Shown one piece after another: positions 10,654 to 21,000 of a DNA stretch of 64,000 nucleotides (its first letter is position 1; each line of letters starts with the position of its first letter). The stretch lies in the IMG/VR virus record IMGVR_UViG_3300001533_003062, positions 1 through 64,000 of that record; one strand, given 5' to 3'. The DNA is from a virus. The notes beneath the pieces were generated by a model that was not told where the DNA came from, ran no database searches, and saw only the letters and a list, made by a program, of their open reading frames with translations. The translations under genes and the position numbers were made by a program.

Positions 10654-11710
10654 CTATTCCTAAACTCCTCTTATCTATCTCTAAAAGCTGACCTACCCAC
10701 TCATCCGAAATGTTAAGTCCAGCCTTAAATCTCCAATTATAGAGCTGAATACCCTGACCCGACTCATATAAATAAGGAGCCCATAGATTGCCTCCCCCAG
10801 GTCTCGAGGTCTCTCCGTGGGCTATGCTATATAAAAAACCGTCCGGTCCGAAACCATCTTCAACAGGTATCTCTATACCGTCCACTAAAAACCTCATAGT
10901 TCCGTCATTACTTACGCACATAAAAACCAAAGAATGCCAGTTATCGTCCGAAAAGTCTATCTTTTTTGTCTTATTTATGGCTTTTGTTTTTGCACCTTTA
11001 AATTCTAGCCTATAATCATTACCGTCCTTAAGTATTGAAAACTTAATAGAGTCCTCTGTATCTAAAACTATAGATTGCGGATCAGATACCACAAAAGGAT
11101 ACAAAGGGTTTCCGGACACACTAAATTGGGGCCTTCTGATCCAACCCATACATAAAAATTTATTGCACGTGTTATACCGTATAGGATCCCTTACCACAGA
11201 TTTGCTCTTACTATTTATATACGTCTCAGTGAAATCCCCAGGACCTGATATCACCACTTTTTGGGTAACACTAAAATACCCCCTAGAGGTATAGTCGTGT
11301 ATAGGTGAAAAATCATTAGAATTTACAGTATTATCTCCAAAATCCCAATCCCATGAATCTGCCAAATATCCTGAGGGTATCTCTGATTCATTTATAAATT
11401 GAACCGTATAACGGTCTGACTTCTTTGTTATTTCCGCCCTAAAATCAATTTTAAGACCCTTTATTAATTCAGGTTCTATCTCAACATGTGAATTACCGGA
11501 TGCACCTATTACCGTGAGAGCTACTGTGTGTACCCCGTAAGATCTATAGGTGTGCGTGGGATTCCTTAAAGTGCTAGTTTCGCCGTCTCCAAATTGCCAT
11601 AAAAACCCCACTATATCTTCATCATATAAAAGGTTAACGGCATTAAAGCTAACTTTAAAGGGTACCCTACCAAAGTACGTATCCGCATAAATATTAGCAG
11701 ATATTGCCAT
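10646..11710 (-). CDS. Two PKD domains plus LamG/concanavalin A-like domain protein
   Basis: WQFGDGETSTLRNPTHTY and WDWDFGD..PIHDY, then CMGWIR...DDNWHSLVF...FLVDG. Confidence 0.75.
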   Translation of the reverse strand: MAISANIYADTYFGRVPFKVSFNAVNLLYDEDIVGFLWQFGDGETSTLRNPTHTYRSYGVHTVALTVIGASGNSHVEIEPELIKGLKIDFRAEITKKSDRYTVQFINESEIPSGYLADSWDWDFGDNTVNSNDFSPIHDYTSRGYFSVTQKVVISGPGDFTETYINSKSKSVVRDPIRYNTCNKFLCMGWIRRPQFSVSGNPLYPFVVSDPQSIVLDTEDSIKFSILKDGNDYRLEFKGAKTKAINKTKKIDFSDDNWHSLVFMCVSNDGTMRFLVDGIEIPVEDGFGPDGFLYSIAHGETSRPGGGNLWAPYLYESGQGIQLYNWRFKAGLNISDEWVGQLLEIDKRSLGIDG

Positions 11711-11756
11711 ATAGTATCTCCGATTTAAAATTATACAGCTAATAATAGATAGTACA

Positions 11757-11771
11757 TATTAAGAGATAATT
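11757..11771 (-). promoter_or_regulatory. Candidate late promoter AATTATCTCTTAATA
   Basis: Motif copy about 47 bp upstream of the ATG at 11710. Confidence 0.55.
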
Positions 11772-11812
11772 GCAATATCTAGGGGCAATAAATCAGATTG
11801 AGAGGAGGCAAA

Positions 11813-12469
11813 CTAAGGAGAGTCCAAAAATGCCGCCCGACCTCTTAAACTATTAAAGTAGTCTACAAGATGGGTGTCTTCTTTCCATATCTTTAAGTCA
11901 TCTATTATATAGGAGCTATTCGGAGCTATCTTAAAAAATCCCGTGGGGATATCTATTAGGATAGGTATATGGCTCGTTGTTATGTGCTTCTTATGTCTTC
12001 TTCCACTACCGTGAGTACCTACGTAGAACCTATCTTCCTCTACGTGATACTCTATAAACATCCATTTATTAGTTAGAAGTATCTTTTCCTCTGTTATCTT
12101 TTTATTGCCCGGAGTCTCGAAGACTAATTTACCGTCTGCATCTATATAAAATTTCCAGTAAGCCCCTGTCCTCTCTTTAGACTCCGCTATAACTAACTTA
12201 GTATCCTCTATATTTTCATTGACGTATATTACTTTTTCTTTACGGACGTATCCCTGTGAAGAACCGTCTCCTAGTATTAAGGATACTGAATAAACCCCGG
12301 GATTCTTGTATGTATGAGACACCGTAGCTTCATTACCGTCTAAACTTTCTCCATCACCGAATACCCATTTTCTGTATGTATAAGGTCCCCCCGAAGTAAT
12401 GTCTGTAAAATCTACTGCGTGAGGGGCAAGCCCTACTCTATCCGTATATGTGAAATCTACGTTTACCAT
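11813..12469 (-). CDS. PKD domain plus C-terminal part of a LamG-like fold
   Basis: KWVFGDG...SHTYKNPGVYSVSL, then WKFYIDADGKLVF...NKWMFI...IIDDLKIW; AGAGGT RBS. Confidence 0.7.
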   Translation of the reverse strand: MVNVDFTYTDRVGLAPHAVDFTDITSGGPYTYRKWVFGDGESLDGNEATVSHTYKNPGVYSVSLILGDGSSQGYVRKEKVIYVNENIEDTKLVIAESKERTGAYWKFYIDADGKLVFETPGNKKITEEKILLTNKWMFIEYHVEEDRFYVGTHGSGRRHKKHITTSHIPILIDIPTGFFKIAPNSSYIIDDLKIWKEDTHLVDYFNSLRGRAAFLDSP

Positions 12470-12484
12470 CTTTACCTCTTATAA

Positions 12485-13573
12485 TTACGGACCTATAACA
12501 TCTATTTCTTCATATCTGTATGACTCACCGTTTTCATTACTAACCTTTAGAGATACCACATAGGAGCCAGCTGTAAGATAAGTATGACTAGGATTACGCT
12601 CTACCGAAGTAAAGCCGTCTCCAAAATCCCATAGCCACTCTTTAGGAAAAAGAATAGATTCATCTATAAAAAAAACTTTCAAATTATCTGATACGACCGA
12701 GAAAAGAGCTCTAGGCCTCTGATTGAACCTTAACCAACAAGATATAGCGCCTGAGAAGGGAAGATACTGATCTTCTCTATACTCCGAGATACCTCCCGCA
12801 TAAGTAACCTCATGTGCAGAACCTACTACACCTATAGTTTTTTGAAATTTAGAATCCTGTATACCGGTAACAGGTTCCGATCCGCCTATCCACCCTGTAT
12901 AACCCCCAGTATCATCCGCATAAAAAGTACAGTCTCTCTCATAAGGGCTATTATCTATTACACCCTTTCTATTGCTTTCAAACCCAACATCTAATAGATA
13001 GGTATAATCAGGACCTAAGCCAGTCGTACCCTGGATACCCTGATAGCCGTCAAGGCCTATTCCGGTGATACCCTGGTAACCCGTCTCTCCCCGTACACCT
13101 ACGGGGCCCGTCAGACCTTGATAACCTTGAGGACCTGTTATGCCCGGATAACCCTGAAGGCCTTGTGAGCCCTTAACTCCCTGGATAAAGTCCGTAGTCA
13201 CCGTAAAAGTCGCCATCTCTGAAAACTCCCTGAACTCGACTACTATGAAACTTCCCAATTCCTGCTTTAAAAGAAACTGGGATATAGGAAACACATTAGG
13301 CTTAGCCTCTGTATTTACAAAATCTACCCTATTTTTGTATTTACCTAATTGATCGAATATAAAGTTACCATCTGATACATCATAATAGACATTAACTACC
13401 GAGTACATATCCTTATCCACAGGCAGCTCAAAAAAGTTATTTTTGAATAAGGGAATCTCTAGATTATTCAGGCTCAACACCCTATTATTATATAATAGGT
13501 TACCCAGACTCACAGTATAGGCTATACCATAAGGTCCTTGCTTTACGGATATCTTGTTATTACTTTTTCCCAC
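12485..13573 (-). CDS. Collagen-like repeat, N-terminal part of a LamG-like fold, and PKD domain
   Basis: GTG start; Gly-X-Y run; VIDNSPY...GVVGSA...ISCWLRF; WLWDFGDGFTSVERNPSHTY. Confidence 0.75.
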   Translation of the reverse strand: MGKSNNKISVKQGPYGIAYTVSLGNLLYNNRVLSLNNLEIPLFKNNFFELPVDKDMYSVVNVYYDVSDGNFIFDQLGKYKNRVDFVNTEAKPNVFPISQFLLKQELGSFIVVEFREFSEMATFTVTTDFIQGVKGSQGLQGYPGITGPQGYQGLTGPVGVRGETGYQGITGIGLDGYQGIQGTTGLGPDYTYLLDVGFESNRKGVIDNSPYERDCTFYADDTGGYTGWIGGSEPVTGIQDSKFQKTIGVVGSAHEVTYAGGISEYREDQYLPFSGAISCWLRFNQRPRALFSVVSDNLKVFFIDESILFPKEWLWDFGDGFTSVERNPSHTYLTAGSYVVSLKVSNENGESYRYEEIDVIGP

Positions 13574-13579
13574 TTTTAC

Positions 13580-16500
13580 CTAAACTCTTACTAAGGGCCT
13601 GTTATTTAATTTATATATAGAAATAGCAGTCTCAGGTATCTCTCCTATTTCTTCTGTAGTATATGTCTCTAGCTCCTCATAATATCCAGTGACATTATCC
13701 GCCCGGGATTTATAAACCTTTGAAAATAAGATAAGAACGAGTTCCCCTCTAACAAAAGGTTTTACCATGTCGGACCTTACCCTTCCTAACATAGGTATAA
13801 AAACTTTCCTGGGGGTGCTGTTGGTTAGGGCCTCACACTGGAATACTATATCTTCCGAAGCCTTACCATAAAAGGGTCTACCGAGCCTATCTCCGACATT
13901 ATTTGGTTCTGATAAGGTTAACTCTCCACCAAATTTTCGAGATATAATCGCGGGCATTTTCACAAAACCCGAATTTATACTAAAATTGCTAAAGTCTAAA
14001 TCATCTACATTAGAGAAAATATTATCGCTTTTAACATCGTCGTCATTCACAGCTATATGCTGCACAGGTATCTCATAAGGCAAGCCTTTGATCAAAGGAT
14101 CAGCACCCGTACCTAGGTTAGATATATAGACAAAATCCTCACTCTTAACTATATCTACATATAGCTTACTGGGCAGTCCTCTTACCGACTGGTAAGAGAT
14201 ATAATTATAGTAAACATCCAACTCAGAACCTTCCCCCAATAAGGGAAGCGTATTCAATTTCACTAGAATAGGTACTAAAATATTACCCGATAATGCGTAA
14301 TTCTTCACGTCTAGATTTATCCTTACTATGCTCGTCCCCAAACCTTCTATAGAGGACACCGGCAATACCTTATAAAAATCTTCCGAAGTCGCCTTATTCC
14401 ATATATACCATTGATTATCATTGGGGCTCGTCCTAAAAGTGCCCAAACCTAATACAACACCTCCCTCTAGGCCCCTAACTACGCTACCCACCTCTAAATC
14501 AATAGTTACAGAGGTTGCAGCATCTCCATCGTTTATTACTAAGGGATAAAGCACTGAAGTATAGAGACCCTCTATACCTCTTGAAGATGAATTATAGTTA
14601 CCGACGAAAGGGGTTCTTTGCGCTTGAGCGTTCTCACCCTTATTTGATACAGTGACATTTAGGTCCGTATTTACTGTCTGAAAATCACCTGTTCCAGTAT
14701 ACCCAAAGACCGTAGGGTCTGTAGTCACATCCAAAACTACTTCAATTATGGAATTTTCAGGTATTCTGAAAGCCTCATCCAAGTATATGACTATATTATC
14801 TTTATTGTACGTCCCGTCATCGTTTCGTTCTCGGTCTCTTATTACCATCCCAGAGTCAAAGTTAGAAGCTAATTTATACTCCGAACCGTTGATATTTTTT
14901 ATCTCAGAAACCCCGAATACGAAATAACCATTAATATTTTTAGGTACTCTAATAATATTAGTAGAAACTGACTGGTTGTAAAAATAGTGATACCTAACTA
15001 GAGTACTTCTATTCTGCTGATTTTCAAATTTTCTTACACTCTTCCTATAATCAGTAGAATTTTTATTTTCAGTCCCAGCATAAGAGTACAATAAACGATC
15101 ATCTATAGTATTCAGTATAGAAAGGGCTGAGTAGGTCTCCACATAATCCGGATAACCTGTTACTCTTTCTTCTATAGATTCTGATGATAAGGAATTTAGG
15201 GTAGACTTTATACCTTTGAAATAATAAACATTATTTAGGCTACCAACGTCCGCATTGTACCTTACCGAAAGGGGCCTACTAGGAACTTTTCTGAGACCTA
15301 CTCCACCGTAATCTATATACGTCGCCCTCAACCTAATAGTATCTGTGGCGCCTTCCCCGAAGTTAGTGAGAAGGGCATCCTCAGAAACTATAAAAGAAAC
15401 TGTTTTAGTACCTAAACCCTTAAACTCTCCCGAAACTACCCCTATTTCCGTATAAGGGTCCTCACCCTCTGCTAAAGGCTGCTCTTTTCTTATAACTCTG
15501 CTAGCGCTGTAAAAAGATGAGTCATTGTGATATAGGCCACTATCAAGAGTGCAAAAAGTTAAGTCATCCTCCGTGGGTATTATAGCAGGATCCAATATCT
15601 TATCTATCGTTACTAATTTAGCCCTAGAGCTAACAAGGCCCCTGACTACTGATTGTATACCAACAGTACCCGTATAAGTATCAACATTCATCAAGGTAGA
15701 ACCATACTGGGCGCCTCTTTCGTCTCGATCGCTAAGATTTGTGCTAAGAGTGTTAGAAAGTAATTTATCTAGATTATTCTCTAATAATCTACTATAAGAT
15801 TTAACATTAACAAGCTTCCTCAAATCTATGATTTCGTCACTTGTGACCTCTTCGTAAAAGGATCCATCGGGCCTAACTGAATTAAGCTCGTAAAAAGTAG
15901 ATCCATTAATATTTGTGTCTTTATCGAATGGGGAAGAATTTTTCCTATTTATAATAAACATAGGTATAGCCCAGGAGTAACCATCAACGGTATTCCGGCA
16001 CCGCGCTCGCCACAGACCATAGTCACCGTTTTCAGTGCCCATATTTATATAATTGTATTCCCCGGCTTGTAGCTCACCTGAATTAGGTCCAAGACTATAA
16101 ACAAAGTTCTCCCCTAAACCTGAATCCGGGTGATCAAAAGGATTTATCCCATCTACTATTCTTATCCTATACTGTATCTGAACCCTTTGAGTAGTCTCTA
16201 CACCTACATTAGGATCGACGATATTGTCCGGTAAAAAACTCTCAGCTTCGGACAGCACATTCCCCTCAGGATATATCCTACCAGAAGACCAAGAAACCAA
16301 GTCCGTACCCTGTAATTCGCCTACAGGGCCCTCTAATGTATCTTTATATTTGATAATAGAACCTATAGAGCCCGAAATCCAACCATTACTAATATCTATA
16401 AATGAGGAGCCTCTAAAATCATAGCCCTTACCTATATCTGATATTTCCCATTTTGCACCACTATTACCCGAGACAAGTATAGTACCTTTGTCTCCTACTA

Positions 16501-18055
16501 TCCAAGCTTTATCTTCCACAGAAAAATTAATAGCAACAGTATCTGCGCCAGAAATAACACCCGCCGTAGGTTTTATATCTTTTGTCAAATCAGCTGATAT
16601 ATACCCTAAGGTCGTATTAAAAACTCGCGCCTCTATTCTATTAGGGGCGTTTATGTCACTCGCTAAATAGGGGCTTCTTATGCTATTTATAGCATTCATT
16701 AAGGATTCAGAATCCGAATATAAATTAAGGTTCAGCACATTTTGGTATGTTATACCGTCAGAGGATCCCTTATACTTAAGAACTAAGGAATTCGGGTATT
16801 CTGGTGGAGATATAGCATAACTAGCATTATTGAAAAAACCCTCAGAACCCTCATATATCTTAATAGAAAACTGTACTGGGAATTTATTCACTAAAGAGAT
16901 GCTATTTAAATTTATCTCTTTAGCGGGATAAATATCTTGCAACGATGAAAACTTATCTCCATTAACTACCCTATTTGAAACATTAGCCCAGTTGAAACCA
17001 CTATCCGCAGTTTTCAGGATCAAACCTTTATCACCTACAATAAGACCGTCGTTGTAATTATAAAAAGCTATTGAATTTAAATTACTTGTTACGAGGGCCT
17101 CTGTGCTGGGATCTACTACTTTTTGCCTCACCCAAGTTAATCCGCCGTCTCTGGTTATCACTAAGATTCCTTTAGCACCCACAGCCCAACCTAGTGCAGA
17201 ATCTATAAAGAAAACAGAATTTAAGTTATCTACGACATTAGAGGACTTACTAGATACGGTAAAAGTTTCGCCGTCCGTAGACCTTAAAATAGTACCATTA
17301 TCTCCCACAATTACTACGGTATTACTGTTTATTATAAAGATACTATTAAGTTTGTCCTGGAGGTCGTTATCTAGGATATACCAATTACCTCCCCCATCAA
17401 TGGTCTTTATAATGTAACCTTTATCGCCTACGGCATAGCCTATAGCTCTATTATAGAATTTTACGGCATTGAAATTGACTTTTACGGGCGTATCCTGACT
17501 GACCCAGCTGGACCCCCCGTCGATAGTGCTAAGTATAACACCATTATTTCCCACAGCCCAGCCCACATCAGAATCCAACATGTGTATGTCTTTTATGTCG
17601 CTTATTTTAGAGATATCCTGAGGTTTAGAAAAAGCGCTTCCACCTTCCGAGGTAATCAGAGACCTCCACACCTCTAGGAAAACGCCGTCTACCCTAGACC
17701 CGGACTTTAGTTCGAAATCTTCCAAATTTATCTTATTAAGATGCTTTATAGGGGTACCCGTATTCGTCACGTATATAGGCCACCCATTTACCAGAGCCAC
17801 TTCAGGCTTTGTCCCCTCAGGATTCTGGGTCATAAAACTATTGCTAAGATCTTTAGAAGTATAGTGGGGCCTATAGCTCAACCATCCCGAGGGTAAATCC
17901 GCCGTTACCTTCTGAGAAAAAATATTGTTTAGTTCTTGAGCTAAATTAAGTTCAGAATCTAAAGGAGGATTACCTTTTTTAAAAACAACTTTATCGAAGG
18001 CGTAACTCAAGCTATCTAATTGAGATGCTACGTTTTCTAAAATATTCTTTGCCAT
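13580..18055 (-). CDS. Baseplate/fibre-attachment protein with YCF48-like BNR beta-propeller, 1491 aa
   Basis: Repeated GWAVGxxGxILxTxDGGxxW blades; N-terminal VVFKKGNPPLDSELNLAQE resembles the N-termini of wedge/fibre-anchor proteins in contractile systems; follows baseplate J. Confidence 0.7.
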   Translation of the reverse strand: MAKNILENVASQLDSLSYAFDKVVFKKGNPPLDSELNLAQELNNIFSQKVTADLPSGWLSYRPHYTSKDLSNSFMTQNPEGTKPEVALVNGWPIYVTNTGTPIKHLNKINLEDFELKSGSRVDGVFLEVWRSLITSEGGSAFSKPQDISKISDIKDIHMLDSDVGWAVGNNGVILSTIDGGSSWVSQDTPVKVNFNAVKFYNRAIGYAVGDKGYIIKTIDGGGNWYILDNDLQDKLNSIFIINSNTVVIVGDNGTILRSTDGETFTVSSKSSNVVDNLNSVFFIDSALGWAVGAKGILVITRDGGLTWVRQKVVDPSTEALVTSNLNSIAFYNYNDGLIVGDKGLILKTADSGFNWANVSNRVVNGDKFSSLQDIYPAKEINLNSISLVNKFPVQFSIKIYEGSEGFFNNASYAISPPEYPNSLVLKYKGSSDGITYQNVLNLNLYSDSESLMNAINSIRSPYLASDINAPNRIEARVFNTTLGYISADLTKDIKPTAGVISGADTVAINFSVEDKAWIVGDKGTILVSGNSGAKWEISDIGKGYDFRGSSFIDISNGWISGSIGSIIKYKDTLEGPVGELQGTDLVSWSSGRIYPEGNVLSEAESFLPDNIVDPNVGVETTQRVQIQYRIRIVDGINPFDHPDSGLGENFVYSLGPNSGELQAGEYNYINMGTENGDYGLWRARCRNTVDGYSWAIPMFIINRKNSSPFDKDTNINGSTFYELNSVRPDGSFYEEVTSDEIIDLRKLVNVKSYSRLLENNLDKLLSNTLSTNLSDRDERGAQYGSTLMNVDTYTGTVGIQSVVRGLVSSRAKLVTIDKILDPAIIPTEDDLTFCTLDSGLYHNDSSFYSASRVIRKEQPLAEGEDPYTEIGVVSGEFKGLGTKTVSFIVSEDALLTNFGEGATDTIRLRATYIDYGGVGLRKVPSRPLSVRYNADVGSLNNVYYFKGIKSTLNSLSSESIEERVTGYPDYVETYSALSILNTIDDRLLYSYAGTENKNSTDYRKSVRKFENQQNRSTLVRYHYFYNQSVSTNIIRVPKNINGYFVFGVSEIKNINGSEYKLASNFDSGMVIRDRERNDDGTYNKDNIVIYLDEAFRIPENSIIEVVLDVTTDPTVFGYTGTGDFQTVNTDLNVTVSNKGENAQAQRTPFVGNYNSSSRGIEGLYTSVLYPLVINDGDAATSVTIDLEVGSVVRGLEGGVVLGLGTFRTSPNDNQWYIWNKATSEDFYKVLPVSSIEGLGTSIVRINLDVKNYALSGNILVPILVKLNTLPLLGEGSELDVYYNYISYQSVRGLPSKLYVDIVKSEDFVYISNLGTGADPLIKGLPYEIPVQHIAVNDDDVKSDNIFSNVDDLDFSNFSINSGFVKMPAIISRKFGGELTLSEPNNVGDRLGRPFYGKASEDIVFQCEALTNSTPRKVFIPMLGRVRSDMVKPFVRGELVLILFSKVYKSRADNVTGYYEELETYTTEEIGEIPETAISIYKLNNRPLVRV

Positions 18056-18069
18056 TTTATATTTCCTTT

Positions 18070-21000
18070 TTATAGTCCTCTTTTAATATTCTCTTCTTTT
18101 AGTATAATAACATTACTTAAGCTATCTTGGTCTACATCCAGGTACTCTATTTCCGAAGTAACTATATCGCCTACTATATTCTCGTTCTCCGGGTAAGACA
18201 CATAATAGGATGCCTTATAATTCTTAGATTGCGGGGGGCTGCCATCAAAAGTACTTACTAATATTCTCCCGTCCGAAAATATATAAGAACTACCGGCTTT
18301 TTTAGACACTAAATAGGGCTCAGGGACTAAATCTAAAGGTACATTATCCTCATAAACACCTCTGAATAAATTATCGGGGCCACCGTTATCACTTGTCATA
18401 TGTTCTAAAACACTGTTTACACTTACGTACGAGGGCACTCCCTTACCGCTTAATTTTTGGTAAAGCTCGAAATCTACACTACCTAAATTCTCTAGAGGGA
18501 TAAAAGACCCGTTCCTTTTAGACATCTTTGTCAAAGGGATTTTAACATCTGAAACACCCTCTACACTAGATACTACTTTAACTAGGGAGCTTTGTGTCAA
18601 AGTTTCTCCCATCTTCATCCTAGATAGATGGTTGTTTATTGCTGTCTTTATCCTAGATAACAATAAGCTATTATTAACAGCTGCATCCGCTGTTATTTTT
18701 TTATAAACGGTAAACCCTAAATCTATATAGTTAAGCGTTGCTTGCTTAATCACGGTATCTGCGCAACTATGCTTCATATCGTCTACAGCCTCTTGTGACG
18801 CACTTACCAATCTATTATATCTATAGGTTACTTTGAAATTCATACTAGCCGTATAGGACACACTAACCCTTGAACCAGGTCTTATCTTACTATTAGGTAA
18901 TAACTCTATTTCAGTCCTTATCGAGGAATTACCTAAAATAACTTTATAATCTACATCCTCTAAATAGGTAGTATCCCCGTCTAATGAAGTTATCACTATA
19001 GTAGATCCCTCAACCCCCTTACTATTAAGGGGGGTAGAAGACGCCAATACTAAATCTACCTCTTCTCCCTCTATATCTATAAACTCATTTATATCTTCAT
19101 TACCTGTAAAATTGAATCTTAGCGCATTCTTAGCTATAGAGGACTCTCCTATATCTAAAGGATCATCCGTTTTAACTAGCTCATATAATTCTGGATCTAC
19201 CTCATTACCTTCAGCATCTTCTACGGATACTATTGAGTCAACAGGCGGGTTTTCAAGGATAATAGAATTAGAACTTCTATACTTATACGACATTTCAATT
19301 ATGTCAAATGTAGACATACCTATCTCATTATTAATAGCATTTTTTTCTAAAATTACGGAATCTCCATCACCCACTATCTCTATACCTGTTATATCGTAAT
19401 CTCTACCCCGCGTTGCGTTACGGACAGAAGATACACTTACTATGGGGCTTTCAGAACTTACATTATTATTTATAGTCTTTAGCCTCATTTCTTCCGAGCT
19501 CACAATTTTTAACTGCTCCGATATATTATTACCTATAACATCCTTTGGGTACTCGTACTTAAAAGACACCCTATCTATAGTTTGTACTATTTCACTTCCT
19601 TTTATATAGATATCTACCTTACCACCTATGTGCCTCTTTTCCGTCTTATCATAATCCCTCAGCATGAGCCTATCCCCCGCCTCTTCTACCCTAACTTGCT
19701 CTACCCCGGGCACACTTAAGACAGTGTTAGCATATCCTCCTGGAGTCCCCGCATCTAAAGATATACTACTCAGTTTAATTCTATCCGCTAAGTGCTGGTT
19801 TGTTTCCTGATTAGAACCCCCCGTGATAGCAGAATCATTAGTTACCTGTACCGAGGGACCTAAGGCACTAGAGCTGGTTAAAAAACCTGAAGGAACGTTA
19901 CCCACCGTGCCGGATTGAATAGCCTCTACCTCTGCTTGGACCTCATATCTTTGCTCTACAGGATTATAGTAATAAGAGATATTACTTACATCCATCAAAC
20001 TACTACTTACCGTCCTAAAAGCGGTTGACCTTATGCCTAGTCCTATGTCTTCCGCAGAGTTTATGGTTATACCTGAGGGTATTCTAATATCCGACTCAGG
20101 CCTTATTTTAGTATAAAATGTGGCGAAACCCTTTGCCCTTGTAGGAGGCCTTCGCACCAAGCCTCTATTGGCTGCTAATTTATCAAATTGTTCGTCTATT
20201 AAAAGTTGCAGGGCATCATTAGTAGTTAACTGTAGCGCATCCCTAAGCCTAATCTTATTTAAGTTACTCTCTACAGGATCACTGACTCCGTCTCCATCTG
20301 CATCATCGAATGCTACTAAAGTATTAATAGAGTTGCAGGTGAATACGAAATCCTGTATTAAATAAAATTTCTCGAACTCTAATGAGATAGGGTCTAGCAT
20401 ATCACGGAAAACGGAACCTCCGGAAGTATTTATATTCTTATTATTACTTACGAGGTCTTTAGTCAAAGAGGTGAGTACGGATTCTCTACTTCTTAGGGGG
20501 AGGTTTTTAGTATCTAAAGAATAGTCTATAAATTTAGCCTCTTTTTCTGTAGAATAAAGACTCTCCACAGAGGTATTTAGTACATTGTCAAAGGCTATTA
20601 CTGAGACTACAAAGAAATAACTATAGTTATTATCTAAGGTATCTCCGTCCGCTAAAAAAACATTTGGGAAATCATTATTTTGTATGAGTTTACTAATTAC
20701 TTCTTTATTAAAAGTGAAAGTATAGTATTCTTTCTCGACATTTTTAGTTTTTATAGTCCTAACATTAGTCCCCGAGGCAGAGTCAACATAGAAGCTATCC
20801 GTAAGAATCTCTTCTAAAGTTTCTTTTTCATCTATCTCCGTTACAGAGGTATTATTCATCCTTACATAGCCTCTACTACCCCCTCCGGATATGTTAGAGA
20901 CATAAAAATTTATACCCGCAAACTCCGCATTATTGCTGAACCTAATAGAGTCCTTAGATACCTTGAGTTTTATTTGGTTTTTAGACCTAAGGACCTCTAA

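Noticed and set aside
13580-18055. YCF48 photosystem II assembly factor as an auxiliary metabolic gene
   Set aside because: Only the generic BNR propeller repeat is shared; it is embedded in a 1491-aa protein next to baseplate J.
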